A DNA stretch of 64,000 nt, taken from NCBI GenBank assembly GCA_964016885.1, contig OZ024742.1, positions 313,968,001 through 314,032,000 of the forward strand. Direction: 5' to 3'. Shown in pieces: positions 14,274-28,611 of this stretch. The DNA is from Eledone cirrhosa. Lineage: Eukaryota. A model generated the notes under the pieces. It did not search any database, had not been told where the DNA came from, and saw only the letters and a list, made by a program, of their open reading frames with translations. The position numbers and the translations under genes are program-made. Position 1 is the first letter of the stretch; the number at the start of each line of letters is the position of its first letter.

Positions 14274-14597
14274 CACATATATATGTGTGTATATACACGT
14301 ACATATACACACACATATACATATAATGACACATACTATATAGACACAGATATATATAACCACACACATACATGCACATATACAACACTTACATACTAAT
14401 ATACATACAGATATACACATACATAGCTATATATACACAAATATATACAGACTTACATATATACATACAGACAAATACTAACGCATCTATATATCGGTAT
14501 ATACATACAAACACCACTACACTATCACACAACTTAGAAATACAAAAAGAAAGGTATATACCTAAACACACATACATATACAAATAGAAAAACATAT

Positions 14598-14636
<39 letters not shown>

Positions 14637-14662
14637 TATACATATACATATATATATATAAC

Positions 14663-14695
<33 letters not shown>

Positions 14696-16075
14696 CAAAT
14701 ACACATACACACACATACAGATATATACACATACATACATGTACACACACATAGAAATATTTACGCATACACACATACACACATACAGTATCCTTATACA
14801 GACGAATTGCAGAATGTCATGTAATCATAGAATGGGATGTGTTTTTGATATATACCTAGTTAATATATTCTATGCAATTTTTTGAAAAAGATATGTATAT
14901 GTATATGTGTATGTGTATGTGTGTGTGTATGTATGTGTGTATATATGTATATATATGTATATATGTGTGTATATATATGTATATATGTATGTGTATGTAT
15001 ATGTATATGTATGCGTATTAATTTTGATTTCTATTTGCATATAATTATATTATGCTATTGATGAAATACAATATCTGCTTTATGTATTGTATACCTAATT
15101 AACATATACTATAGAAATAAATATATAATTTTTAATTTAGTTAACCTATAATTTATATTCTACTACCGATGTAATACTCTATTTTATTTGTTTTTTTCCC
15201 TATTACTAATTCATTTCCTAATATTGATACCATAACGTTATTAACTTTAATTTAGTTTTACTGTAATTAATACTCTACTACTATTTAACTTCAAAATTCT
15301 GCTTCAAATATTATAAACCTAACTAATTTACACCTTAGAAATCAATATGTTAACTATCTTTGGTTTAGTTAACATATAGTTAATGATATACTTGTTTATT
15401 TTGAGATGCATAGATTTTGCCTTAGTTCTTGTTTGTTGTATTTCCTAACACTGAAACTATGTAAAAACATACATTGGATAAAGATACGGAAAATATTCTA
15501 TCTTTCTTGAAACATATATTTACTTTGATCCCCTTCTCCAAACCCCCCCTTTCCCCCATACTATTATCATCTGTATTTGTAAGCGTGTATGTATGAATAT
15601 ATATGTAGGTAGGTGTCTATATAGGTTTGGGTATTTATATCTAAATATAAAAATACATATATGCGCATACAAATATGAATGTAAGATTGTGTGTGTATAT
15701 ATGAGTGTGTGTATGTATGTATATATGTGTATATATGCATGTATATATGTATGTGTATGTGAATGTGTGTACGTATATATGTATGTATGTGTATATATGT
15801 GTATATATATGTATATATGTATATATAGGAATATATATATGTATATATATATGTATATGTATATGTGTGTGTATGTATGTGTGTGTATGTGTGTTGTATA
15901 TATATGTATGTCTCTCTATTTATATGTCTATCTTCTTATCTATGTGATATATGTGTGTGTGTGTGCATGTATGCACATATATGTGTTTATGTGTATATAT
16001 GTGTATGTGTGTATATATATGTGTGTGTGCACACACATATATATGTGAGTGTGTATATGTGTCTGTGTATATGTA

Positions 16076-16121
<46 letters not shown>

Positions 16122-16379
16122 TGTCTATGTGTGAATATATGTCTATATTCGTATGTGTGTATATATGTATGTATATGTTTATATGTATATATATGTATAT
16201 ATGTATGTATGTATATATATATATATATATGTGTATATATATATATATATATATTATTTTTTATTATTATAATATAACTTATGTGTATGTGTGTATAAGT
16301 GAGGTTGTGTATGTGTATATAATATGTGTATATATAAGTGTAAAAAAATATATATATATGTGCATGTCTGGTTTTTATG

Positions 16380-16410
<31 letters not shown>

Positions 16411-16502
16411 GTATATATATGTATACGTGGGTGTTTGTATGTGTATTTATGGTGGTATGAGTGTGTGGGTATCTATGTATATATATATATATATGTATGA
16501 GT

Positions 16503-16558
<56 letters not shown>

Positions 16559-16931
16559 ATATGTATGTGTAGATATATATCTCTATTAATGCGTGTGTGT
16601 ATGTATATACATATGCCTTTTTATTATTTTTATTTGTATGTCTGAGTTAGGTGAGGTTGTAGTGGTTTTTTATGTATATACGCATATATGGATGCGTATG
16701 TATTTGTATATATGAGTATAAGTAAGTGCATATGTATGTATGATTATATATCTAATTCTATGTATGAATATACATGTGTGTATATATATGTGTGTATGTA
16801 AGTTGTGTGTGTTTGTATGTATATGTCTATGTATGTATATATATATATATATATGTATATCGATGTACGTGTATGTATGTACATGTATGTCTATGTATGT
16901 GTGTATGTATGTGTATGTATATTTTTAGGTG

Positions 16932-16994
<63 letters not shown>

Positions 16995-17235
16995 ATATAT
17001 ATATGTATATATCTTTATTATTTATTTTTTTTATATATATGTGTATGTGTGTATGTGTTGTGTGTGTGTGTGTGTGTGTATATATATCTTTATATATGTG
17101 TATTGTATGTTCGTGTAGGTGTATGTGTGGGTATGACTTTATATGTATGTGTGTATGTGTGTATGCGTAAATATTTCTATGTGTGTGTACATGTATGTAT
17201 GTGTATATATCTGTATGTGTGTGTATGTGTATTTG

Positions 17236-17273
<38 letters not shown>

Positions 17274-17296
17274 ATATATATATATGTATATGTATA

Positions 17297-17332
<36 letters not shown>

Positions 17333-17655
17333 TATGTTTTTCTATTTGTATATGTATGTGTGTTTAGGTATATACCTTTCTTTTTGTATTTCTAAGTTGT
17401 GTGATAGTGTAGTGGTGTTTGTATGTATATACCGATATATAGATGCGTAAGTATTTGTCTGTATGTATATATGTAAGTCTGTATATATTTGTGTATATAT
17501 AGCTATGTATGTGTATATCTGTATGTATATTAGTATGTAAGTGTTGTATATGTGCATGTATGTGTGTGGTTATATATATCTGTGTCTATATAGTATGTGT
17601 CATTATATGTATATGTGTGTGTATATGTACGTGTATATACACACATATATATGTG

Positions 17656-17692
<37 letters not shown>

Positions 17693-17894
17693 GTATATAT
17701 ATGTATGTGTATTTGTGTGTATGTGTGTATATGTATGTATGCGTGTATATGTATATGTTTATATATGTGTGTGTATGTATGTTCTTAGTGTGAATGTGTG
17801 TATATGTATGTATGTGTTTGTATATGTGTGTATATTTATGTATGGGTGTGTGTGTGTCTATGTGTATATATATGTATATTTATATATATGTATA

Positions 17895-17941
<47 letters not shown>

Positions 17942-18837
17942 GTATATATGTGTATATATATATATATTTATTTTCTTGATATATTTCTTTTTTCTTTTTT
18001 CTTTTTTCTTTTTTCTGTTTTTCTTTCTATTCTTTCCTCTTTAATGTTTATTTATTATATTTTATTTTTTTATTTTTTTATTTTTCTTAGTTTATAGATA
18101 CATCTATATTAGGCAGTCTGCTCAGACCGTTGAATACTGACCCCTCCCCCCCCCTCCCACCTAATTTCTGTATCTTGATCTAAAAATGTGTGTGCCAGTG
18201 TTTTATGTGAGTGAATTAATATCCATGTGCTTATGATTTTATATCCACATATATAAATGTGAGTGGGGGTGTGTGTGTGTGTTTGTATGTTCGTGGTTAT
18301 GTGTATATTTATGCATATACGCGCGTGTATGTGTGATTGTACGGATATGTGTGAGTATGAAAAAATGTATTTGTATACTTAATTTCATAAGTGTCAATAC
18401 GCATCTTATCTGTACATTATAAATTTACAGAGACATTAACCTTGAAATTTTGTATTTGCATCCATCCTTTTAGTATGCGTATACAAATTATACATACATT
18501 TTTGTAAAATATGTGTAAGGGTTTTACATGTATATACACACACCGAACTGCATTTAACCCTTTGTGTTTTCATTGGTCAATTTTTGTTCCCAAACGGACC
18601 TGAAATTTTGAATTGTTGTTATTATCAATAAATATACTTCATTATTTCTGAAGACGGCGTATATATGTGTTTGGTATGTATATTTAATCTTGATAATTTG
18701 TATAATTTTGTATAATTTTGTACATAGATCTGTTGAATATGCATACCAATTCTAACACATATATATCCTAGAAACGATCGTTAAATAATGAACTTTTTTT
18801 GTTTAATATAAGGAATTGTTTATTCATTATTTGTTTA

Positions 18838-18846
<9 letters not shown>
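12941..18846. mobile_element. 5.9-kb non-coding fold-back element with ~1.7-kb inverted arms and terminal HHRs
   Basis: arms 13075-14787 and 17144-18846, spacer ~2.36 kb, extra 3' tail 12941-13074, flanked by (TA)n, interior mostly degenerate TA/TG microsatellite. Confidence 0.85.
18638..18792 (+). ncRNA. Type I hammerhead with very long stem II (mirror copy 13129-13283 on minus)
   Basis: ttcattattt-CTGAAGA-(116-nt stem II region, tatatatgtgtt/aacacatatata)-GAAA-CGATCG-TT-aaataatgaa; 10-bp stem I. Confidence 0.8.
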
Positions 18847-18913
<67 letters not shown>

Positions 18914-19154
18914 GTATGGTTGACGGTATATTTAATCGATTTCCACGTGCTATTGAAATGTTGGGTAAATATTCTATAGCTGTTGATCGTGAATAAATTG
19001 GTGTCGTTTATTTATCTACTATTTCTTCATAGGTCCCTTTTAACCTTATAGCCTGGTTTAATTGATTTTTTGTGTGGTTGATTATGCTAATTGGAAGAGG
19101 AAATGGTGTATATATATTGTCAAATGATTCTATGGACATACTTTATAGTATATA

Positions 19155-19237
<83 letters not shown>

Positions 19238-19241
<4 letters not shown>

Positions 19242-19587
19242 GAAAATTTTCGCTCTACATGGCCGAATACAATAAATCTAATCTGAGATTTTCGAATATT
19301 AATAATAACATTCGATTCGTTTGCAATTATGCAAACAAGCCTCAATTTTATAGCCATGTCAGTAGAATAAACCCTTCATTGTTGCTCTTGTGTTGGCACG
19401 TGAACAGAACTGCAGACAGTAATGTTTCTGGGCATCACCCTTCATCAGTAGCCAAACTGTCAGAGCTAGTGAAATAGCATATATTTTCACTAGCTCTGAC
19501 AGTTTGACATGGCTATAAAATTGAGGCTTGCTTGCATAATTGCAAACGAATCGAATGTTATTATTAATATTCGAAAAATTCAGATTA
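19238..19587. mobile_element. Fold-back mini-element; HHR at 19412-19452 (minus) present in one arm only
   Basis: left arm 19279-19474, right arm 19485-19587 lacks 19361-19453; minus: CTGATGA-agggtgatgccca-GAAA-cattactg-TC. Confidence 0.75.
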
Positions 19588-19605
19588 CATATATATATAT
19601 ATATG

Positions 19606-19761
<156 letters not shown>

Positions 19762-19768
19762 TATATAC

Positions 19769-19856
<88 letters not shown>

Positions 19857-20071
19857 ATGTATGTATATATATATACATGTATGTATATATATACATGTAT
19901 ATATATATATACATATATATATATGTATGTATATATGTATATATATACATATATACATACATATATATATATATGTATATATATACATATATACATACAT
20001 ACATATATATATGTATATATATATACTCTCCTTACTATCCTTGCTTTCATATTTCTCCTTGCTCTACTTTT

Positions 20072-20104
<33 letters not shown>

Positions 20105-20107
<3 letters not shown>

Positions 20108-20371
20108 TTACAATAATCAAAGTTCAGTTTAAGTCATTTATTTGCTTACAATTGTTTCCTCCAAACCGAGGTTTGGATTCTTCTGAACTTTGATTATTGT
20201 AATCTCTATATAACTGCTCTGTAAAACAACTGATGTTATTACATTGAGCTATTTATCTTACTGGTAATAGGATAGTAATTAATGACTATCTTTCACTATT
20301 TAAGGTTTGTATATATAATATATTACCATTAAAGCTTTTATTACATACATAACCATAAATAGTACCCTTAA

Positions 20372-20375
<4 letters not shown>
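20105..20375. mobile_element. Fold-back mini-element with a truncated HHR (20144-20182, minus)
   Basis: 23-bp arms 20105-20127 and 20183-20205; minus spacer reads AAGA-atccaaac-ctcg-gtttggag-GAAA-CAATTG-TA-agc then AATAAA. Confidence 0.7.
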
Positions 20376-20452
<77 letters not shown>

Positions 20453-20570
20453 GTGTGGGATGCTTAAAGCGTCCGTAAGCGGTAGGCCGTTTGAGCACTC
20501 GATGCTCTTACAGAGCAGAGTATAATATCACATAAGAAACAGAGAACACTGATTCTCCGTTTCTTCTGTG

Positions 20571-20654
<84 letters not shown>

Positions 20655-21054
20655 GTGGTAACACAACAGTTAGTTCACCATACCGTTAGTCTTAGCAATA
20701 GTTAATTTTCCGAAAGTTAAAATATTGTTGATCCCACAGTGGAAAATAGGTGTTTGCTCAATACCTGAGCTCTGTCCCCAGCTTTGAAAGTTGCCTTTCC
20801 CATTATATTTATTGTCATTTATCCTTCGAATACCAAGAATAAGTCTTAACAAGTTTTTAATTTAAGAGAAAATTATATAAGAGATAAAAAATGTTTATGT
20901 GAAAAACTGACTTTCTGAGCGAAAACTTGAAACATTCACCGTGGACGAGGGTCGCTTTGTCGTGGTTCGCTTGAGCTAAAGTTTTACATAGATTGGTTAG
21001 TTGTTGGTTGATACAAGATGCGGGGGTGAGAGCTGAGAGTTTAGGGAATCGCCA

Positions 21055-21890
21055 CCAGTAACTACCACCGACAGCACCACTAACACCATCAGCATCAGCA
21101 CTACCACCACCAGCACCAGCAGCACCAGCACTATCACCAACACCAGCAGCACCACTACCATCCCTACCAGCACCACCACCGAAAGCAGCACCAACCTCAC
21201 CAGCACCAGCACCACCAACAACTTGCACCACCACCACCACCAGCACCACCACCACCACCAGCACCACCACCACCACCAGCACCACCACCAGCACCAGCAG
21301 CAGTAGCACCAACACCACCACTACCATCGCTACCAGCACCACCACCGACAGCAGTACCAACACCACCAGCACCAGCACCACCAACAACCTGCACCACCAC
21401 CACCAGCACCACCACCACCGACAGCAGCACCACCACCCCCGACAGCAGCACCACCACCATCGACAGCAGCACCACCACCCCCGACAGCAGTACCAACACC
21501 ACCAGCACCAGCACCACCAACAACCTGCACCACCAGCACCAGCACCACCACCACCGACAGCAGCACCAACACCACCAGCACCAGCACCACCAACAACCTG
21601 CACCACCAGCACCAGCACCACCAGCACCAGCACCAGCACCACCAACAACCTGCACCACCACCACCACCACCAGTACTACTAGCAGCAACAGTACCAGTAC
21701 CAGCACCACCAACAACCTGCACCACCACCACCACCACCACCACCACCAGCACCAGCACCACCAACAACCTGCACCACCACCACCACCACCACCACCAGTA
21801 TTACTAGCAGCAACAGTACCAGTACCAGCAGCCCCACCATCACTATCACCAGTACCAACAGCATCACCACCGCCAACACCACCACTATTA
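21055..21890. repeat. Complex CAC/CAG-based minisatellite
   Basis: recurring accagcaccagcaccaccaacaacctgcaccaccacc units. Confidence 0.85.
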
Positions 21891-22503
21891 TCTTTATTAC
21901 AGAAGTAGAAGGTACAATCAATATAGATATTTAGTTATGTTTATTTAGGATCTAACTCGGAATCCAGCTGCTTTTGACATTGCGATTAATTTTTCCTAAG
22001 TTAACATAATTGTTTCTACTTTTTGGCACAAGGCCAGCATACCCAGTACATTACTGGTACTTTATTTTATCGACCCCGTAAGGATGAAAGAACATAATGC
22101 GCACCAATCAAATGCTAGTCTTAATTTAAAAGGACATGTGTGGTTATTCGCCTACACAAAAAACCGTATTATTATATGTGTTGTTCATAAAACTTACAAT
22201 GTTTTGTGTTTGTATTCATGTGTAACAATTAACTACAACAAATAAAATTAACAATAATATTAATATTAACAATAACTCCAATAATAATAAGGTTAATGAT
22301 AAATAATAACGATAATAACAATAGTAATATTAATGATAATAAAAATAAAAACAATAATAATAATTATTATTTTATTATTGCTGTAATAATTTAAAATTTA
22401 TTTATAATTGATGCTGGAACCTTATATACACATATATAACCTTACACACACACACGCACACACGCACACACACACACACACACGCACACACACACACACG
22501 CAC

Positions 22504-22607
<104 letters not shown>

Positions 22608-22991
22608 CTATATATGTGTGTGTATGAGTGTATGTATTCTTTTTTTTATACTTTGTAGATGAATCTTTTAAGAATGCACGAGTAACGGAAGTAACCGGCC
22701 GGAAAGTGGCAATTTGAAGATATAATCATACGAAGCGAATTTCAATAATCTTGCAGAATTCTTTTGTATACAATATATATTTATATATTTATATATATAT
22801 ATATATATTATTTATCATATTATGGTTACAGTACCCATCAAAATCACACACACATGTATATGCACACACACACACACTCTCTCTCTCACACACACACTCA
22901 TACACACACATATTCACGCAGATACATCTATCTATTTCTCCCCCTATCTCTTAATCTCCTTCCCTTTCTTTCTCCCTATACACACACACAC

Positions 22992-23025
<34 letters not shown>

Positions 23026-23107
23026 GGAAGTTGCGTTTCGCTAATTTCTACCCGCCGAAATGCGATTCTCGCTAAATTTATATTTATATATATATATATA
23101 TATGATA

Positions 23108-23217
23108 CCCGCTAATGAAGCCGCATAAACCGATTGTGCATTGTTGCATAATATAAGCAGACAGATGGTGCAATGCACCTTACTGCTGCATTAGTGCGGC
23201 AGAAACTCGAGTCCGGG
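23108..23217 (+). ncRNA. Hammerhead motif with G5A core change, in a (TA)n-flanked island 23104-23366
   Basis: cccg-CTAATGA-agccgcat...gtgcggca-GAAA-CTCGAG-TC-cggg. Confidence 0.7.
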
Positions 23218-23367
23218 AACCTTATAGGCACCCGTTTTACGTGTGTTGTGTTGAGGCAAATAACTATGTGTATACTCTGGTAATGTATCTTACATTGACC
23301 ATTGAGTGCGCTGAGATACAACCGGTACTAGCATTGATAAATATGCTGGGTCCGTCAACCCGTATTA

Positions 23368-23405
<38 letters not shown>

Positions 23406-23434
23406 AATATATATGTATATATATGTATATATAT

Positions 23435-23499
<65 letters not shown>

Positions 23500-23530
23500 T
23501 ATAGATATATACATATATATAGATATATAC

Positions 23531-23598
<68 letters not shown>

Positions 23599-24519
23599 GT
23601 ATATATATATATTGGGCGGTGCCTCACCATGTCCTCAGCCGGATGGCTGGAACAGGTAAAAATAGTAAAAGAGTAACAGAGATATATATGTTGAAACTGC
23701 CAAAGTCCATCTCAACGGCCGATAACCTTGGAGTCCAGCGCTTTTCGTTTTGCCTTGCTCTCGATCGTTGTCTTGTCCTCTCTTTGTCGTTTTCCTAAGT
23801 TTATCATATATAAACATATATATATATATATATGAAATAAACCTAATTTTTCTTCTAAATCCCGACTGTACAGTTGCAGCTAGAGTACAACTAAAGGACA
23901 TTGGGGCCGTGAGGTTATCGCCTTTAGAAGAGATCTCCATCTATGAAAGGACAATTTCCTGAAGAGACTGCTACCAGAGAAAAATATTCGGCGGGAGGGG
24001 GGGGGGGGAATTATCACGTGGTATAACAGTCACAGAAGGGTGGTAAAGGGAGGGACACCACATATCTAGGAATAACCATTTAGCATTTAAACCAGCCATA
24101 TCCGGCCATAATTCTCTCACCTCTTACTGTTGTAACTGGCTGTAACCGGCTGCTGATACAGTTGTTCAGGTATTATTCTCAAAATAAATACGATATTATG
24201 TGAGATAATTATGTAAGATAAAACCTTTACCGTGTGAATATAATAGTATATATAGAGTAATGTAAATGTTAAAGAGTTAATATGTATCTATATGTATATA
24301 TATGTCTTACTAATTTGTCCTAGCTCCCTTGATTGGCACGACTCGAGAGAAAATTGATATTGAGAGCAATTGTATGTTGATGGAGTTTCTCATTACTTCT
24401 TAGGTTTCCATTCAAATTTTATTTACATGGTTAATTGTATTTTAAGTAGTGTATTGTTCATGCAGTTGAGGTTTGTTATGCTTCGTTGTTGGAAACAGAA
24501 AACACTTAGATTTAAAAAA

Positions 24520-24645
24520 AACGCGGTTAAAAAAGGTACTCAATACATTGGCAGCGTATAGTCATTTTTTATTTTCTACAGAAATGATTTCTACAGGACA
24601 TTCCTGATGATTTCATACGAATGAAACAGCTCTAGTTCTGTCTAC
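24520..24645. mobile_element. Degenerate family-D HHR element in inverted arrangement
   Basis: 24520-24599 is the reverse complement of the family-D 3' tail; 24601-24645 ttc-CTGATGA-tttcatacgaat-GAAA-cag..ctg-TC. Confidence 0.6.
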
Positions 24646-24762
24646 ATAAAATTATATACATACACATATATATATATATGTATATATATATATGTATATA
24701 TATATGTATATATATATGTATATACATATGTATATATACACACTCACACACTGTGTCGATGA

Positions 24763-25440
24763 GTGTGGGGGGTGAAAATGAATGAGACTAAAACAAAATA
24801 TCTGGTGGAGAATGTTGAGAAGCCAGAGGGGATTACTAATGTAGGCGGGAAGCCGCTAGAATTGGTTGAGGACTTCCTGTATTTGGGTGCAAAGATTGGG
24901 AATACGGAAGATGATGTGGTTGAGAGGAAGAACAAAGCCTGCGCGGCGTGCCACAGCTTGAGATCGGTGTGGAAGTCGGACCTTCGTAAAGAGCTGAAAA
25001 TCCGCCTCTTCATTGCTGTAGTGGAGTCTGTGGTGCTGTACGGGTCTGAGACTTGGACACTGACCAAGAAACTCACTCAGATGGTGGAAGGGTGCTACAC
25101 GAGAATGCTGAGGTTGGCTCTGAACATTAATCAGTATACACTGAGGATGAAAAACGCAGAGCAGTATGGGAGCCTCCCAAAAGTCAGCTCAAAAGTGACA
25201 CAGAGGAGACTGAGGTTAGCTGGACATGCTCACCGACATCCAGAGTTTACATTGCACTCAGTGCTCCTGTGGGAGCCCCTACATAGACACACTGGAAGAG
25301 GAAGACCAAGGTTAACGTATGTTGATGCTGTAAGGACAGGCACTGGTCTGTTGGAGACGCAGGACATGGCAGCGATAATGAGGGACAGAGACCGCTGGAG
25401 AGAACTCATCCATGGATCTCGGGAATTTTACCCGCTCTAG
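24763..25440 (+). mobile_element. 5'-truncated RTE-clade LINE, C-terminal RT/thumb region
   Basis: FLYLGAKI, VESVVLYGSETWTL, RRLRLAGH, GRGRPRLTY, DRDRWR motifs; stop codon directly followed by (AT)n. Confidence 0.9.
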
Positions 25441-25458
25441 ATATATATACATATATAG

Positions 25459-25512
<54 letters not shown>

Positions 25513-25513
<1 letters not shown>

Positions 25514-25561
25514 CTTCCTGAAGATTTCATCTGAATGAAACAGTACTAGTCCTGTAGAAGC
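25513..25561 (+). ncRNA. Type I hammerhead, family D (island 25511-25650)
   Basis: gcttc-CTGAAGA-tttcatctgaat-GAAA-cagtactagtcctg-TA-gaagc; helix III one change from palindrome ACAGGACTAGTCCTGT. Confidence 0.8.
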
Positions 25562-25665
25562 TCATTCTATAAAATAAAAAAATTTTACTCTGCCATGTAT
25601 TGAGTACCTTACTTACTGTGGTTATCCCCGACTCAACCCGGGACCTACGTATATATATATATATA

Positions 25666-25723
<58 letters not shown>

Positions 25724-26247
25724 CATACACGTTTCCATGTGTGTGAAGGACGGTTGTTGCATGTATATATGTCGGTATGTTTGAACGAATTGCTGTATAT
25801 ATAAATATATTTTTCAGCCATTGTACACGAAAGTATAAGTAACTGAGGTGTATATGTATGCATGGAAAATAGTGTATGTTAACTTAGAAACTATATGTAC
25901 GTGTGGTTTCACACATTATAATTGCTATAATGGCATGAAAATAAACCATTCATACAATGTAGATATCGATCAAATATTCGCCAATTCAAATAAAATTATT
26001 TATGGTAGACTCAAATGGTTTGTTCGTGCCTAGCTAGCTGAAATGTTTGAGTTTGTTATTTTATATATTAAGAAATTAAATATCATTTAGATCAAGTAAA
26101 CTAATCGCCGCAATTATTGACGTCAACAGGTCTGTCTTATAATTTTACATTTCAATATGGCTACTGTTGTATTCGGACCGTCTACGTACATGTACATACT
26201 GCATATATATTACGAACGTGCATATATAAATAAATATATATATATAT

Positions 26248-26441
26248 AGTTTTAATATAGATGAGATTCTACAGGATTAGAACTGTTTCATTCTTTAGAA
26301 ATCATCAGGATTCCTGATGATTTCTAAAGAATGAAACAGTTCTAGTCCTGTAGAATGTCATCTATATTAAAACTTGTATACTCTGCAATGTATTGAATAC
26401 CTTACTTACTGTGGTTACCTCCGATTCAACCCGGAATAACG
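26248..26441. mobile_element. Fold-back mini-element, family D, HHR 26311-26355
   Basis: 63-bp arms around a single base at 26311, then 3' tail and (TA)n. Confidence 0.85.
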
Positions 26442-26494
<53 letters not shown>

Positions 26495-26544
26495 ATGTAT
26501 ACACATATATAATATGTATATGGATGTATATATATATATATATT

Positions 26545-26781
26545 TAGGAAAAGAGTCAGGACCCCGATAGCTGAGCTCCGGCCGTTTCGACAGCTAGATC
26601 TGAACAGTTCAGATCTAGCTGTCGAAACGGCTGGAGCTCAGCCGTCGGGGTCCTGACTCTTTTCCTATTACCCACTCTACTACCCCAACTATCGAGTACT
26701 CTGGTGCGTCATGGTACACCTGGTATCTTTTCACGCCATCTTTGTTATGGTTCACCTGGTTCGTTAACACACTTCCTTCGT
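26545..26781. mobile_element. Fold-back mini-element, family E (other copies ~47497-47555, ~50958-51012, ~51068-51240, ~56160-56352)
   Basis: 61-bp arms around base 26606; shared tail cccactctactaccc...gagtactctggtg; GAAA-CGGCCG motif; microsatellite flanks. Confidence 0.8.
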
Positions 26782-27446
26782 TATATATATATATGAGTGT
26801 GTGTGTATATATGTGTATATATGCATACATACATCCCCTCTCACCTCTAATTCTCCGTTGTTCTCTCTTCCCGTCTACCCCTCCTCTTTGTTTCACTCTC
26901 TCTTCCTCTCCCTCTGTTTCCCCCTCTTCCTATATATTTCGCTTGGAACCAAGTCAACAATGCTAATTGCGAAAGCCAGATGTAGAAATTTCTAAATCAT
27001 TTTATTCAAAATCTGCCGTAATACATAATTCTATGGAGTTCATGCAGCCACGAAAAGGAAGGACTTCATCAGACAGCATCTTAAGTAATAAGCTTGTTAT
27101 GTTACATGTCTATTTCAGTATGGGCTATAGATAACTGGACGGACAGATACGATATTTATTTTTAGCAGTCCGTTCTGTGAAATACTAGAGAAAATTGGAT
27201 CTAATACGCATGGAGATGATGTGACTTTGAAAAGAACGTTTATCGTGACCAACTGTAGTCATTTACGTTGGGACGACTACATTTCAGATTTAAATTTTCC
27301 AATGTTCTTTCAGCCAATCGGATCGGATGTTCACATTTCATATATATATATATATATATGGATACAAGAAGGGATAGAGTCACCATAACACTAGATATAG
27401 CGCAGTGTGATAACTTTGAACTGTCTTGGAAATTTGTTGCAATTCG

Positions 27447-27480
<34 letters not shown>

Positions 27481-28175
27481 TTTTATATGTATGTATAGAG
27501 TATAGTAGTAATCGAGACTACTTAAATGTGTATAGAGATTTGCATATTGAACATGTATATATGAGTATTTCTCTTTAAAATGAAAAGAATAATTGATTGT
27601 GTGTGTATATATATGTATATATATATATATATATATGGTCACCAGTTGGTGCTACTGGTAACATGTATTCCAGTACAACCTGTCCCATGTCGTTGGCGAC
27701 TAAACTGGCAACCCTACCAAGGTTTCTTGGTGAGGAGGGTGACTTTGGACATCCTGCAGGACTAAAAACAAAACCTGTCAAAGGGCAAAGGAGCTCTTAA
27801 GAGTCAATGGCCATCCAAAACCGGGAGAGATGACCCCTTAGTCTTTGTCAAGGCAGAATTCTAGGAGAAGGAAAACTCTGATATCACACCTGCAACCCTG
27901 ATGGTATCCAATAATGTTGACTTGTTCTTCTTTTTGGTAAATATCATCTTGGTTAAGAGAGTGGGACTGGCTTTGTGCAGTGCCTTTGCTCACTATAAAA
28001 GCTTCACGGCACCGGCATTGCTTTATATGTGGGGATCTCTCTGCACTTGTCGTCACATGGTACCAAGGGCCCAGCACTATGTGTCAATAAAAGTCACACT
28101 CGTTCAGCGCATTGGTAGGGGTTCTCCTACATGGATATAAAGTAGTGGCCGTACTCGAAAACGAGTTGGCAGCCA

Positions 28176-28229
<54 letters not shown>

Positions 28230-28270
28230 AAGAACACAAGAGCGTCTACAACATCAAAAGATTTTTATTG

Positions 28271-28317
28271 GCTAACAATGTTTCTTCCTTACGTGTAACC
28301 GTAGGATTCATCAGAGC
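28271..28317 (-). ncRNA. Type I hammerhead motif in a (TA)n-flanked island 28225-28545
   Basis: minus: gct-CTGATGA-atcctacg-gttaca-cgtaaggaa-GAAA-cattg-TT-agc then AATAAA. Confidence 0.7.
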
Positions 28318-28611
28318 TATAAAAGGGGTTTGATTGGTGTTATGGACTCTACCAACCAAACACCCAAGAACAAAGAGTAAAGAGAGTAAAGAGCAAAAGT
28401 AGGGGACAATAAGTCTAATTTTGGGGCGGGAGGGTGGGGTGTTGGTCCTTGTTTACTAGCTGCGGTCATATTCATTCCCGGGGGTCGGGTGGTTAGCTGA
28501 ACCATAGATGGGGTGGCGTCGATAGTATGGTGCAGAGGGTGCGTAGATATATATATATATATGCATATGTATATATATACATATATACATGTATATATAT
28601 ATATATATATA

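Noticed and set aside
9797-18846. Palindromes as sequencing or assembly fold-back artefacts
   Set aside because: Most arm pairs differ by substitutions or indels, stop at (TA)n and end at family-conserved positions; the perfect 9797-10122 palindrome alone still merits read-level checking
20857-21921. Pro/Thr/Ala-rich or Gly/Val/Trp-Cys-rich ORFs suggesting a structural protein
   Set aside because: CAC/CAG minisatellite open in several frames on both strands, with frame drift between units and no start or splice context
23959-23992. CTGAAGA...GAAA hammerhead candidate
   Set aside because: Helix III and stem I pairing too weak
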